From the NCBI GenBank assembly GCA_963823035.1, contig CAWGKG010000015.1:54379-118378 (forward strand): a stretch of 64,000 nucleotides of DNA, read 5' to 3'. The notes under the pieces were generated by a model. The model was not told the DNA's origin, ran no database searches, and saw nothing but the letters and a program-made list of their open reading frames with translations. Position 1 is the first letter of the stretch, and each line of letters begins with the position of its first letter. Source of the DNA: an uncultured Gemmatimonadales bacterium. GTDB taxonomy: Bacteria; Gemmatimonadota; Gemmatimonadetes; Longimicrobiales; Gaopeijiaceae. The translations under genes were made by a program, and so were the position numbers. Shown one piece after another: positions 51,538 to 63,259 of the stretch.

Positions 51538-52571
51538 GCACCACTGTCCTGATCGCGAGCTGGCTCGAGGCCGAGCTGGTGGACGAGATCCGCCGCGCGG
51601 ACCCGGACGTACGCGTCCTGCACGAGCCCGCCCTCATCGCTCCGCCCCGCTACCCCGCGGACCACCACGGCGGCCCCCTGCAACGCACCGAGGCGCAGGA
51701 AGCGCGTTGGCGGGAGCTGCTGGCCGAGGCGACCGTCCTCTTCGACTTCGACCGGACGCACCTCGCCGACCTGCCCGAGCTGGCCCCGAACGTCCGCTGG
51801 ATCCAGGCGACGAGCGCCGGCATCGGCCAGTTCGTTCGCCGGCTCGGCTATGCGGAGCGCATGCCCGACACGGTGTTCACCACGGCCAGCGGCGTGCACG
51901 CCCGCCCCCTGGCCGAGTTCGCCGTCCTGGCGATGCTCATGCACGCGCGTCGGATCCTGCACGTGGTACGCGCCCAGTCCGAGCGGACCTGGGAGCGCTT
52001 CGCCGGCACCGACCTGGAGGGTCGGACCGTCGTCGTGGTGGGGCTCGGCCGCATCGGCAGGGACGTGGCGCGCCGCGCCCGCGCCTTCGGGATGCGCGCG
52101 ATCGGCGTGAAGCGCGGCCCCGTCGGCGTGGATGGCGACGGCACCGACGTCGACGAGGTGCACGGTCCCGAGGCGCTCCGGGCGATCCTGCCCGGCGCCG
52201 ACTTCCTGGTCCTGGTCGCCCCGCACACGGACGAGACGGAAGGAATGATCGGCGCCGAGGAGCTCGCGGCGCTCCCGCCCGGGGCTGCCGTGGTCAACAT
52301 CGGCCGGGGCGCGCTGGTGGACGAGCCGGCCCTGGTCGAGGCGCTGCGCTCGGGACACCTCGGGGGTGCGTACCTGGACGTCTTCGCCGACGAGCCGCTC
52401 CCCGCCGACAGCCCGCTGTGGGCGATGCCCAACGTGCTCGTCAGCCCCCACTCGGCCAGCACGAGCGATCGGGAGAACCGACGCATCACCGACCTCTTCC
52501 TCGACAACCTGCGGCGGTGGCTCGACGGACGCCCGCTGCGCAACGTCCTCGACCCGGAGCTCCTCTACTGA
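51534..52571 (+). CDS. D-2-hydroxyacid dehydrogenase family protein
   Basis: GLGRIG, VNIGRG, LDVF.DEPLP and SPHSA motifs. Confidence 0.92.
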   Translation: MSTTVLIASWLEAELVDEIRRADPDVRVLHEPALIAPPRYPADHHGGPLQRTEAQEARWRELLAEATVLFDFDRTHLADLPELAPNVRWIQATSAGIGQFVRRLGYAERMPDTVFTTASGVHARPLAEFAVLAMLMHARRILHVVRAQSERTWERFAGTDLEGRTVVVVGLGRIGRDVARRARAFGMRAIGVKRGPVGVDGDGTDVDEVHGPEALRAILPGADFLVLVAPHTDETEGMIGAEELAALPPGAAVVNIGRGALVDEPALVEALRSGHLGGAYLDVFADEPLPADSPLWAMPNVLVSPHSASTSDRENRRITDLFLDNLRRWLDGRPLRNVLDPELLY

Positions 52572-54205
52572 GCGCGCGCCGGGAGGGCGACGGTCGCGAC
52601 GCCGACTTCCTGGTCGTCGGCTCGGGCTTCGGAGGCGCGGTCTCCGCGCTGCGCCTCGCGGAGAAGGGGCACGACGTCGTCGTGCTCGAGAGGGGAAAGC
52701 GGTGGAGGCCGGACGACTTCCCCGAGACCAACCGCGCGCTCCGCCGCTACCTCTGGCTGCCGCGCCTGGGGTGCCACGGCTTCCAGTCCGTGACGCCGCT
52801 CCGCCACGTCTTCGTGCTGCACGGAACCGGGGTGGGCGGCGGCTCGCTCGTGTACGCCAACGTGCTGATCGAGCCGGACGCGGAGGTCTTCCGGGGGCCC
52901 GAGTGGGGGAACGGAGGGTGGGAGGATCGTCTGCGCCCGCACTACCGCGAGGCCCGCCGCATGCTCGGCGCCACGCCCGCGCCCGCTCTCGGACGCACGG
53001 ACGTGCTCCTGCGCGAGGTGGTGGAGGCGATGCGTGGCGAGGACACGCATCGGGTCCACGACGTGGGGGTCTTCCTCGGCACGCCCGGCGAGGAGGTGCC
53101 CGATCCGTACTTCGACGGGCGGGGTCCGCGGCGTACGGGCTGCACGCAGTGCGCGGCGTGCATGATCGGCTGCCGCGTGGGCGCCAAGAACACGCTCGAC
53201 CGCAACTACCTCTGGCTCGCGGAGCACCTCGGCGCACGCATCGTGCCGGAGACCGAGGCGCTGACCCTCCGACCGGACGGCGACGGATGGGCGGTGGAGA
53301 CCCGTCGCTCCCTCGGGCTGCGCCGGTCCCGCCGCACGTGGCGGGCCCGCGAGGTGGTGATCAGCGCCGGCGTGCTCGGCTCCGTGGGCCTCCTCCTCCG
53401 TTCGCGTCCCTTCCTCCCGCGCCTCTCCCCGACGGTCGGGCGGTGGGTACGCACGAACTCCGAGTCGCTGCTCGGCGCCGAGGCACGCACCGCCGACGAG
53501 CGCTGGACCGACGGAATCGCGATCACCTCCGGCGTGCAGCTCGACGACCGCACGCACGTCGAGATGGTGCGGTTCAATCCGGGGTCGGACACCCTCTTCG
53601 CGCTGACGCTTCCCCTCGAGGAGCGGAAAGGCCGGGACGCGGCACCGCCCACGGGAGGGCGGGCGCTCGCCAGGCTGCTCCGGCGGCCCGGGCGACTCGC
53701 CGCGAGCCTCTTTCCCCGGGGGCGCGCAGCGCGCAGCGGCATCCTCCTCGCGATGCAGACGGGGGGCGGCCACATCTCGCTGGAGCTGCGCCGGAGCTGG
53801 TGGGCCGCCGGCCGAAGGGCACTCACGTCCACCCTCCCCGAGGGGGAGGAGCCGCCTGTCGCGCATATCCCGCTGGCCCGCGAAGTGGCGCGCCGCATGG
53901 GCGCGCGCATGGGAGGCGGCGCGTGGAGCTCCTTCCACGAGGAGGTGCTCGGCGCACCCGCCACGGCGCACATCCTGGGGGGATGTCGGATGAGCACGAG
54001 CGGATCGTCCGGCGTCGTGGACTTCGAGGGCCGCGTGCACGGGCACCCCGGTCTGCGTGTCGTGGACGGCTCGATCGTGCCCGTGGACCTCGGCGTGAAC
54101 CCCAGCCTCACGATCACCGCGCTGGCGGAGCACGTCATGGCGTGCGTCCCGGCCGCCGACGTCTTGCGCCGGGCGCCACCGGAGGGGGAAGTTGGCCCGC
54201 CATGA
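52568..54205 (+). CDS. GMC oxidoreductase, cholesterol-oxidase (ChoD)-like
   Basis: VVGSGFGG, GVGGGSLVYAN, CTQCAACMIGC..GAKNTLDRNYL, TAHILGG and GVNPSLTITALAE motifs; probable CTG start. Confidence 0.85.
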   Translation: MSARREGDGRDADFLVVGSGFGGAVSALRLAEKGHDVVVLERGKRWRPDDFPETNRALRRYLWLPRLGCHGFQSVTPLRHVFVLHGTGVGGGSLVYANVLIEPDAEVFRGPEWGNGGWEDRLRPHYREARRMLGATPAPALGRTDVLLREVVEAMRGEDTHRVHDVGVFLGTPGEEVPDPYFDGRGPRRTGCTQCAACMIGCRVGAKNTLDRNYLWLAEHLGARIVPETEALTLRPDGDGWAVETRRSLGLRRSRRTWRAREVVISAGVLGSVGLLLRSRPFLPRLSPTVGRWVRTNSESLLGAEARTADERWTDGIAITSGVQLDDRTHVEMVRFNPGSDTLFALTLPLEERKGRDAAPPTGGRALARLLRRPGRLAASLFPRGRAARSGILLAMQTGGGHISLELRRSWWAAGRRALTSTLPEGEEPPVAHIPLAREVARRMGARMGGGAWSSFHEEVLGAPATAHILGGCRMSTSGSSGVVDFEGRVHGHPGLRVVDGSIVPVDLGVNPSLTITALAEHVMACVPAADVLRRAPPEGEVGPP

Positions 54206-55386
54206 CCGAAAAACTGCGTGTCGCCGTCGTCGGAGCGGGCCGCTGGTCGCGCTCCGCCCACCTCCCGGGATTCACCCGCTCGCCCCTCGCCGAGGTGGTG
54301 GCGATCTGCGACCTCGATCGCGAGCTGGCCGAGAAGCGGGCCATGGAGTTCGGGATCCCCACGGTCGAGACCGACGCCGAGCGGGTGCTCGCCCGCGACG
54401 ACGTGGACGTCGTCGACGTGGTGACACGGGGGGACCACCAGGAACTGGTGTTCGCCGCGCTCGAGTCCGGCAAGCACTGCCTCGTCGAGAAGCCCGTGTG
54501 CCACGACTACCGCGACGTGTGGCGCGCGCACGAGCTCGCCGAGTCGAAGGGCCTGAAGACGAAGGTCGGGCTGACGTTCCGCTACGCGCCGGCCGTGATG
54601 TACATGTTCGACCTCCTGCGCGAGGGCTTCGTGGGGCGCCCGTTCATCTTCAACGGATACGAGCAGAACTCGCAGTGGCTCGATCCGGACAACCCGATGG
54701 ACAAGCGCATCCACAAGGAGAAGCCGACCGGGGAGCCCGCGTGGGGCACGGACCCCAGCCGCGAGGGCATCACGGTCTCCGCGCTGGAGGGCTACGGCGC
54801 CCCCACGATCGACATCGGCCTCGAGTGCGTGGGTGCCGATCTGAAGCGGGTGGTCGGGACGATGGCGAACATGGTTCCCCTCCGGCGGCGCACGAACCTG
54901 GACACGGAACGCGAGCCGATCAACGTCGACGACGCGGACGTGTTCATCGGCGAGGCGGGCAACGGCGCGCTCTTCTCGATGCAGTCGAGCTACGTGACGG
55001 TCGGGAACTACCCTGGGATCGAGGCCCGCATCTACGGGTCGGAGGGCGCGATCCACGTCCGCCTCGTGGAGGAGTTCGGGGTCATCCAGACGATCCACAT
55101 GGCCACGCCCGACGCCGTGGAGTTCGTGGCCCAGGCGATTCCGGACCGCTACTTCCCGCCCGGCGCGCGCCCCGACGACCACTGGAGCACGGCGTTCTAC
55201 GGCAACCTCGTGCACGACTTCTGCCACGAGATCGTGAACGGCGGCCCGGTGAACCAGGGCAACTTCGCGCAGGGAGCCCGCGTGCAGGAGGTCATCAACG
55301 CGGTGGCGCTCTCGCACCGCGAGGGCCGCTGGGTGGATCTCCCGCTCGCGGGGGCGGAGCCCGACGCGCAGAGGATGCCCTGGTAG
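54202..55386 (+). CDS. Gfo/Idh/MocA family oxidoreductase
   Basis: VAVVGAG and GKHCLVEKP motifs. Confidence 0.9.
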   Translation: MTEKLRVAVVGAGRWSRSAHLPGFTRSPLAEVVAICDLDRELAEKRAMEFGIPTVETDAERVLARDDVDVVDVVTRGDHQELVFAALESGKHCLVEKPVCHDYRDVWRAHELAESKGLKTKVGLTFRYAPAVMYMFDLLREGFVGRPFIFNGYEQNSQWLDPDNPMDKRIHKEKPTGEPAWGTDPSREGITVSALEGYGAPTIDIGLECVGADLKRVVGTMANMVPLRRRTNLDTEREPINVDDADVFIGEAGNGALFSMQSSYVTVGNYPGIEARIYGSEGAIHVRLVEEFGVIQTIHMATPDAVEFVAQAIPDRYFPPGARPDDHWSTAFYGNLVHDFCHEIVNGGPVNQGNFAQGARVQEVINAVALSHREGRWVDLPLAGAEPDAQRMPW

Positions 55387-55442
55387 GCTCCACCCACGCT
55401 GTCTTCATGTCTCGATTCTTCTCGTCGGAACCAGGAGGTCGT

Positions 55443-56452
<1,010 letters not shown>

Positions 56453-56456
<4 letters not shown>

Positions 56457-56481
56457 CATTAATTCAAGGTTGAATTAATTT
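56453..56481 (+). promoter_or_regulatory. Sigma70 promoter with perfect palindromic operator
   Basis: TTGACA-N17-TAATTT; ATTAATTCAA-GG-TTGAATTAAT (56458-56479), a perfect 10-bp inverted repeat. Confidence 0.85.
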
Positions 56482-56487
56482 CCTGCC

Positions 56488-57564
56488 ATGAGCACACAAC
56501 CTCTCGTAACGCCGGGCTTCCACCACATCACGATGGTGTCGACCGACGCCCCTCGCACGCTGGCCTTCTACGGCGGGCTCCTGGGGCTCGATCTGGTCAA
56601 GAAGACCGTCAACTTCGACGATCCGGGCGCGTACCACCTCTACTTCGGGCGGGACGGCGGCGCGCCCGGGACCATCCTCACGTTCTTCGAGTGGCCGCAC
56701 AGCCGCCGGGGACGTTGGGGCGTAGGGGGCATCCACCACCTCGCGCTCGGCGTCGCGACGCCCGAGGCGCAGCTCAAGTGGAAGCGTCGGCTCGTCGACG
56801 CGGGCGTGTCGGTGTCCGGCCCGCTGGACCGCGGCTACTTCCAGAGCCTCTACTTCACCGATCCGGACGGCCAGGTCCTCGAGATCGCAACCCGCGGCCC
56901 GGGCTACGCCGTCGACGAGCCCGCCGACGCGCTGGGGCGTACCCTCCTGCTCCCCCCGGCCGACCGGCTTCCCGGCGGGCGCGACGAGGCCGCGATCGAG
57001 CGGGCCACGCATCCGGAGCCCGTGCCCGAGGTGACCGCGGACATGCGCCTGGAGGGCATCCACCACATCACCGGCATCACGGACGATCTGGCGCGCGCGC
57101 ACGAGTTCTACGACGCCGCGCTCGGCCTGCGGCTGGTGAAGAAGACGCTCAACCAGGACGACGGGCGCACCGAGCACTGGTTCTGGGCGCGTTACGACGG
57201 CGCCGAGGTGGGAGCGCACTCGGCGCTCACGCTCTTCGGGTGGCCGGGCTCCGACTACCTCACGCGGCCGGGCGCGGGGCAGACGCACCACATCGCCTTC
57301 CGCGCGCGCGACGAGGAGGCGCAGGCCGCCGCCCGCGAGCATCTCCTCGAGCTGGGGGTGGAGGTGACCCCGGTGCTCGACCGGACGTACTTCCGCAGCG
57401 TCTACTTCCGGGCGCCCGACGGGCTGCTCCTCGAGATCGCGACGGACGGTCCGGGCTTCGCGGTGGACGAGCCCGTCGAATCGCTCGGCACGGGCCTCAA
57501 GCTCCCCGATTGGCTCGAAGGACGACGCCGCGAGATCGAGGCGGCGCTCAGCCCCCTCGGATAG
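56488..57564 (+). CDS. Ring-cleaving dioxygenase / VOC family (MhqO-like)
   Basis: HHITM, LVKKTVNFDDP..YHLYFG, DRTYFRSVYFR and EIATDGPGF motifs; two VOC repeats. Confidence 0.9.
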   Translation: MSTQPLVTPGFHHITMVSTDAPRTLAFYGGLLGLDLVKKTVNFDDPGAYHLYFGRDGGAPGTILTFFEWPHSRRGRWGVGGIHHLALGVATPEAQLKWKRRLVDAGVSVSGPLDRGYFQSLYFTDPDGQVLEIATRGPGYAVDEPADALGRTLLLPPADRLPGGRDEAAIERATHPEPVPEVTADMRLEGIHHITGITDDLARAHEFYDAALGLRLVKKTLNQDDGRTEHWFWARYDGAEVGAHSALTLFGWPGSDYLTRPGAGQTHHIAFRARDEEAQAAAREHLLELGVEVTPVLDRTYFRSVYFRAPDGLLLEIATDGPGFAVDEPVESLGTGLKLPDWLEGRRREIEAALSPLG

Positions 57565-57573
57565 GACGACCGG

Positions 57574-58209
57574 ATGCTGACGTACGAGCGGAGCGGTCCG
57601 GACGTCGTGCCGGATGGAGGGACCGTCGTGGTCCTCCTGCACGGGCGCGGGAGCGATCGCGTGGACCTCCAGGGGCTCCGCCCCCACTTCCCGGGCAACT
57701 GGCCGCTGCTGACGCCGCAGGCACCCTTCCGGGGCGAGCCCTGGGGATACGGTGCCGGCTGGGCCTGGTACCAGTACGTCGCGGCCGACCGCCTCGAGGA
57801 GCGCACCTTCTCGGAGAGCCTCTCGTTCCTGGACGGCTTCCTGGGACGAATCCCGGAGATCCTCGGTGCGCGGCCCCGCCGCATCGTGCTGGGCGGCTTC
57901 TCGCAGGGCGGCACCACGAGCCTCGCCTACGCGCTCTCCCACCCCGGTCGGGTCTCGGCCGTCCTGAACTTCTCCGGGTTCCTCGCGGACGCCCACGTGG
58001 TGCGGGCCGGCCTTCTGTCCGGCGGCGGTCCGCCCGTGTTCTGGGGACACGGTTTCCACGACCCCGCCATCCCGCACACGCTCGCGGTGAAGGGACGCGA
58101 GCGGCTCGCCGCGGCCCGCACCCGCCTCACGGCCCGCGACTATCCGATCGGCCACTGGATCGACGCCGCCGAGGTCCTCGACGCGGTCACCTTCGTCGGG
58201 TCGATCTGA
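57574..58209 (+). CDS. Phospholipase/carboxylesterase (MhqD-like)
   Basis: LLHGRG, GFSQG, HG..D and GH catalytic motifs. Confidence 0.9.
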   Translation: MLTYERSGPDVVPDGGTVVVLLHGRGSDRVDLQGLRPHFPGNWPLLTPQAPFRGEPWGYGAGWAWYQYVAADRLEERTFSESLSFLDGFLGRIPEILGARPRRIVLGGFSQGGTTSLAYALSHPGRVSAVLNFSGFLADAHVVRAGLLSGGGPPVFWGHGFHDPAIPHTLAVKGRERLAAARTRLTARDYPIGHWIDAAEVLDAVTFVGSI

Positions 58210-58235
58210 GGGCCCGGCGCCGGGCGCCGCAAACC

Positions 58236-59408
58236 TCATCCGGTCGGCGGCTCCCCCGCGTAGCCGGTCAGCTCCACGTAGCCCCGCCCCGAGGGGGCGT
58301 TTCCCCCACCCGTCGGCGTGACGCGCACGGCACCCTCCCAGTAGCGGAACGCGCCGGTGAGCTCCTGGTCGTCCAGCGCCGGCTCGACCACGAGGTCCCA
58401 CCCCCGCGCCGGGACGCTCACGCGCCATCCCGACGGATACGTGGCGCCGTCCGGCGCGGTCCACGACCCGGTCGCCTCGACGCGCACGTCCTCCCCTACC
58501 GCGAGCGTGGTCGTCCGGCCGGCCGGATCCACCAGGGTGCCCCCGCTGAAGGGAGACGCGGATCCGTCCGCCCGGCGCAGCCGGTACACCATCAACTCCC
58601 ATCCTCCGTCGAGCTGGAGCGCGAACCAGTCCCACCCCACCTTGCCCACGGACAGCGCCGAGGTGCTCCACTCCCTGTCCAGCCAGGCGGCCCCGGACGT
58701 GCGCAGCGTATCCGTGCCGATGCGCACGTTGCCGCGGGCGGGCATCCGCGTGAACGAGTAGTAGTAGGACGCGTTGCCGGGCTCCGGCCCTTCCTGCTGA
58801 GGCCCCGCTCGCCCTGCAGGACCACCGGCTTTCCCGCGTCGAGGACGAGGTCGATGGCCACGTCCCCTTCGGCGGCGCGCACGCGCACGGGGAAGGGGCT
58901 CCCCCCCACCGTGGTGTCCACGGCCTCCAGCGACCAGTCGTCCAGCCACACGCGAAAGGGGCTCGTGCGCGCGCCCGCGAGGTCGAGCGCGCCGCGCTCG
59001 AAGCGCTCGTGGGCGTCGAACCTCCGGCCCCGCACGTCCGTGACGGCGAAGTGCGCCATGTAGGCCTCGCCGGTCCCCCACGCCGACGCCCTGTCGGGCG
59101 CGAGCGCTGAAAGGGCGCTCCGGAAGAAGGTGAGCTGGAAGCCGACTTCCCGCCCCTCGGCGGTGGCGAGGTTCCCGGTCACGTACCACCACTCCGTGCG
59201 GTAACCCGGGTGCGGCCCGTGGTCCTCGGGGAAGCGGAACGTCCTGCGTCTCGGTGGCGCGCAGGTAACCCGCCGTGTCGGCCCCGCCCAGCGCCGAGAG
59301 GACGGAGAGGCGCGCACGGGGCTCGTCCGCTCGCTCCGCGCAGCCGGAACCGAGCGCGAGCAGCGAACCCAGGGCGACCGCGGCGAACGGTCCGGCGTGG
59401 CGGATCAC
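58236..59408 (-). CDS. AttH/CrtC-like lipocalin-fold protein (frameshifts ~59240, ~58790)
   Basis: FPEDHGPHP..RTEWWYVTG, WLDREWS, GWDWFALQL, YWEG and GYVELTGY motifs. Confidence 0.85.
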   Translation of the reverse strand: MIRHAGPFAAVALGSLLALGSGCAERADEPRARLSVLSALGGADTAGYLRATETQDVPLPRGPRAAPGLPHGVVVRDREPRHRRGAGSRLPAHLLPERPFSARARQGVGVGDRRGLHGALRRHGRAGPEVRRPRALRARRARPRGRAHEPLSRVAGRLVAGGRGHHGGGEPLPRARARRRRGRGHRPRPRRGKAGGPAGRAGPQQEGPEPGNASYYYSFTRMPARGNVRIGTDTLRTSGAAWLDREWSTSALSVGKVGWDWFALQLDGGWELMVYRLRRADGSASPFSGGTLVDPAGRTTTLAVGEDVRVEATGSWTAPDGATYPSGWRVSVPARGWDLVVEPALDDQELTGAFRYWEGAVRVTPTGGGNAPSGRGYVELTGYAGEPPTG

Positions 59409-61952
59409 TCGTCCCTCAGCGCCGCGGCGGGTGAGGTGCGCGCCATCCGCCACGCCGGATAGAGGCCGGCCAGAAGGGCGCCCACCAGCGCGAGCGCCAC
59501 GGCCTGCAGCAGGACGTCGGGGCCCACCTCCATGCGCAGCGACCACCCGAACGAGCGCTTGTTCACCACGTAGATCATCACGGCGGCGAGCACCAGCCCC
59601 ACGGGAATCGACAGCACGCCCGCGACCACCCCCAGGAGCCCCGTCTGCGTCGTGACCAGACGCCAGACCTGCCGCGGCGTCATCCCGTTCGCGCGCAGCA
59701 CGCCCAGCTCGCGCGAGCGCTCGAGCTCGAGCGCCATCAGCGCGCTCAGCACGCCCACGAACGCCACGGCGAACGCGAGGAGGCGCAGGACGGCCGTGAC
59801 CTGGAAGGTCCGGTCGAACACGGTGAGTGAGCCCTCACGGAGCGCCGCGTTCGTGCGGATGCTCAGCGCCTGCGCGGGCGGGACGCTCGCCTCCATCTCG
59901 CGGACCACCCGGTCGCGGTCCGCGCCGGGGCGCAGGAAGAGGCCGAGGGACGTCACGCCCCGATCGTCGAAGGCGTCGTCGTACGTGGCGCGGCTCATCA
60001 TGACCACCCCCTGGTCGGAGCCGTAGTCGTAGAAGACCGCCGCCACCGGGTAGGCGCGCGTCCCCGCGTCGGTGGGAATGCGGAGCGTGTCGCCGACGTG
60101 CAGGTCGCGCCGGTAGGCGAGCGGCTCGGAGAGGAAGACCTTCCCCCCGGTCCGGAACGCGCGGAATGCTTCCGCTCCCCCGCCCTCCCGGAAGTCGAAC
60201 GCCGTCTGCCCCCGCCCCGCCAGGTCGATGGCGACGAGGCGGAGCGTCGCGTCGCCGACGAGCAACTCGCGGCTTCGGTACGTGCTCCGCTCCACCACGT
60301 CCGGATGCGCCACGAGGGAGGTGACGGCGACGGGGTCGAGCGTCCCGTCGGCCCGCGACTGCACCATGGACGGGGCCGAGACGTACACGTCCGCCACCAG
60401 CGTCCCTTCCAGCCAGCGGACCAGCGTGCCGCGGAAGCTCTGGATCATCACGCCGAGGCCGACCGTGACGGACACGGCTACCACCAACGCCGCCACCGCG
60501 GGCGCCGTGCGGCTGAGGGCGGTCACCACGCCGCGCGCGGCCATCGTGCCCAGGATGCCACCTGACCGCGCGAGCAGGGGCCGTGCGGCGCGCACGAGGA
60601 GCACGGTGCCGAGCGGCGTGAGGAGCGCCATGCCCAGCATCACCAGGAAGAGCCCCACGAAGCTGGCCACCAGCGCGCGGGTGGAGAGGACGAGCAGCGC
60701 GCCGCCGCCCAGGAGGAGGAGCGCCCCGACCCCCGCCGCGCCGGGCACGGCTCGACGGGCGGCGGACTCCACCATCGACCGCGTGCGGGCGACGCGAGGC
60801 GCCGAGCCGGCCGCCTCGAGGGCGGGAGGGAGCGAGGCCAGGATCGTCGCGCCCACACCGAGGAGCGCCCCCTTCAGCAGCACCGCGGGCGGCAGCGAGA
60901 GGTGCTCCACGGACACGGCGAAGTACAGGTCGTTGATCGTGCGCGTGACCATGCGCACCAACCCGCGCCCCATGAGCACGCCGAGGGCGAGGCCGGCCGC
61001 GGAGCCCGCCACCCCGATCCACGCGGCCTCACGAAGGACGCCCATCAGCACCTCCCCGCGCGTCACGCCGAGCGCGCGCAGGCTCCCGAGCAGCTCGCGC
61101 CGCTGCACGCACGGAGAACGTCATCGTGTTGTAGATGAGGAACATGCCGAACACGAGCGCGAGGAGGCTGAGCGCCGTGAGGTTGAGGTCGAAGGCGGCG
61201 ATCATCCCCGCCAACGCGGCCTCGCGGGTACCGGCGGGCACCAGCCGCTCCCCCGGCCCGAGCACGCGCCGCACCCGTTCGATCGTGGCACCCCGTTCGG
61301 CCGAGGGCGGCACCCTCAGGTCGATGCGGCTGAGACGCCCCGTGCTGCCCAGCAACTCCTGCGCCGATGCCACGTCCATGACGAGGAGGTCGCGCAGCCC
61401 CTCCCGAGCGAGATCGCCCTCCGGTTCGAGGAGCCCCACCAACGGAAGGCGCGTATCCCGGCCTTCCACGCGCACCGGGAGCGAATCGCCGGGCGCGACG
61501 CCCGCGCGTGCCGCCGTGGACGCAGCCAGAACGACCCCGCCCGGCGTCGTGACCAACGCGGAGACGTCGAAGCCGAGCCCCGAGCCCGCGAGGTACGGCC
61601 GGAAGGGACCCTCGCTGAAGGGGTCCACGCCCAGCACGCGCAGCGCCGTGCCCGGCAGCGCCGGGCTGGAGGCGAGTCCCTCGACGATCGGGGCGGCATC
61701 CCGGACGTGCGCGCCGACCTTGAGGCGTGTGAACGTCCGCTCGTCCAGCGAGCCCGCAGGCCCGATGACGGCGTGTGTGGCGCGACCGGCCACGGTCTCG
61801 GCGGAAACGCGAAAGCCCGCGCGCGCGCTCTGGATCGCGAGATCGATCGACACGACCACGGCCACGCCGAGCGCGACACCCAGCACCGCGAGGAAGAGCT
61901 GCGCCGGGTGGCGACGAAGATGCCGACCGGCCGCGCGCCGAAGGAGCGTCAC
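59405..61952 (-). CDS. FtsX-like duplicated ABC permease, AttF/G-like (frameshift ~61110)
   Basis: [38 protein letters not shown] and VNKRSFGW motifs. Confidence 0.88.
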
Positions 61953-62644
61953 GGGCGCGCTTCCTCGAGCCTCCCGTGGCTCATGCGCAGCACGCGGTCC
62001 ATGCGCGCACCGAGCTCACGGGAGTGCGTGACGACCACGAGGGTCCGCCCGTGCGCGCGCACGAGCTCATCGAGCAGCTCCGCGACGCGCCGGCCCGTGT
62101 CCTCGTCGAGGTTGCCGGTCGGCTCGTCGGCCAGCACGAGGGCGGGCTCATGCACGAGGGCCCGCGCCACGGCGACCCGCTGCTGCTCGCCGCCGGAGAG
62201 CCGGTCCGGAAAGGCGTCCGCCCTGCCGGCGAGCCCCACCCGCTCGAGCAGCTCCTCCGCGCGCGCCTCGTCCTCGGGGCCGACCCGACCCTTCAGCTCC
62301 ACGGGAAGGAGGAGGTTCTCGAGCACCGTGAGGGTCGGGAGCAGGTTGTAGAACTGGAAGACGAAGCCGATCCGGTGGCGCCGGAACAGCGTGCGGTCGT
62401 GCTCGGAAAGCGCCGTGAGATCGGTGCCGGCGAGCCGCACGACGCCCTCGTCCGGGAGGTCGATGCCGCTCACGAGGTTGAGCAGCGTGGACTTCCCCGA
62501 CCCGGACGGGCCCAGGATCGCGACGCGCTCGCCCTGGCCGACCGCGACGTCCACCCCGTCCAGGACCACGTGCCGGCGCCCGGCCTCCTCGTAGCTCTTG
62601 CGAAGGCCGATGAGCTCCAGCGCGGGCCCGTTGGGAGAGCTCAG
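61949..62644 (-). CDS. ABC ATP-binding protein, LolD/AttE-like
   Basis: [27 protein letters not shown] and ADEPTGNLD motifs; frame extends to a CTG overlapping the greA stop. Confidence 0.92.
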   Translation of the reverse strand: MSSPNGPALELIGLRKSYEEAGRRHVVLDGVDVAVGQGERVAILGPSGSGKSTLLNLVSGIDLPDEGVVRLAGTDLTALSEHDRTLFRRHRIGFVFQFYNLLPTLTVLENLLLPVELKGRVGPEDEARAEELLERVGLAGRADAFPDRLSGGEQQRVAVARALVHEPALVLADEPTGNLDEDTGRRVAELLDELVRAHGRTLVVVTHSRELGARMDRVLRMSHGRLEEARP

Positions 62645-63126
62645 TCGGCCACGCCCTCCACCTGCTGCGGAAGCGTGGTGAGCTCGAGCACCTTGTAGCG
62701 CCGCTCACCGGCCGGAAGCTGCACCTGCACCTCCTCGTCGACCTTCGCGCCGAGGAGCCCGCGGCCGATGGGGGAGGCGAGCGAGATGTGGCCCGCGTCG
62801 AGGTCGATGAAGTCGCCGGCGACGATCGTGAAATCGAAGACCTCGCCCAGGTTCAGCTCCTTGACCTTCACCCTGGAGCCGAAGCCGACCTTGTCGTAGG
62901 GCATGTCCTTGACGTCGATCTTGGAGAGCTCGCCCATCCGCCGGGTGAGATGGTTGAGCCTGGCCTGGACGAACTCCTGGCGCTCCTTCGCCGCCTTGTA
63001 CTCCGAGTTCTCGCGCAGGTCACCGTGTTCGAGCGCGATCTTGATGCGCTCGGGAAGCTCCTTGTTGAGCTCCTCGGTGAGCCGTGTGATCTCCTCCTCG
63101 ATCTTGGCTTTGATCTCGTCGAGCAT
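62641..63126 (-). CDS. greA: Transcription elongation factor GreA
   Basis: HGDLRENSEYKAAKE and ISLASPIGRGLLG motifs. Confidence 0.93.
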   Translation of the reverse strand: MLDEIKAKIEEEITRLTEELNKELPERIKIALEHGDLRENSEYKAAKERQEFVQARLNHLTRRMGELSKIDVKDMPYDKVGFGSRVKVKELNLGEVFDFTIVAGDFIDLDAGHISLASPIGRGLLGAKVDEEVQVQLPAGERRYKVLELTTLPQQVEGVAD

Positions 63127-63154
63127 GCGAACCGCCGGCGGTTGGGAAGATCAA

Positions 63155-63185
63155 GCGCCGCCCCGGAGCTGCTCCGGGGCGGCGC
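63155..63185 (-). terminator. Strong hairpin upstream of greA (terminator or leader attenuator)
   Basis: Perfect 15-bp inverted repeat GCGCCGCCCCGGAGC-T-GCTCCGGGGCGGCGC, followed on the minus strand by TTGATCTT. Confidence 0.55.
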
Positions 63186-63259
63186 GCGCTTGCCATAGCA
63201 TAGGGAGAGAGGCGCCGCGTGGGGAAGCCGCCCCCGTCCCCCACGCCCCGGTCCCCTCC

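Noticed and set aside
58236..59408. Carotenoid 1,2-hydratase of a carotenoid pathway
   Set aside because: No crt genes nearby; the context matches the ABC-associated AttH-like group
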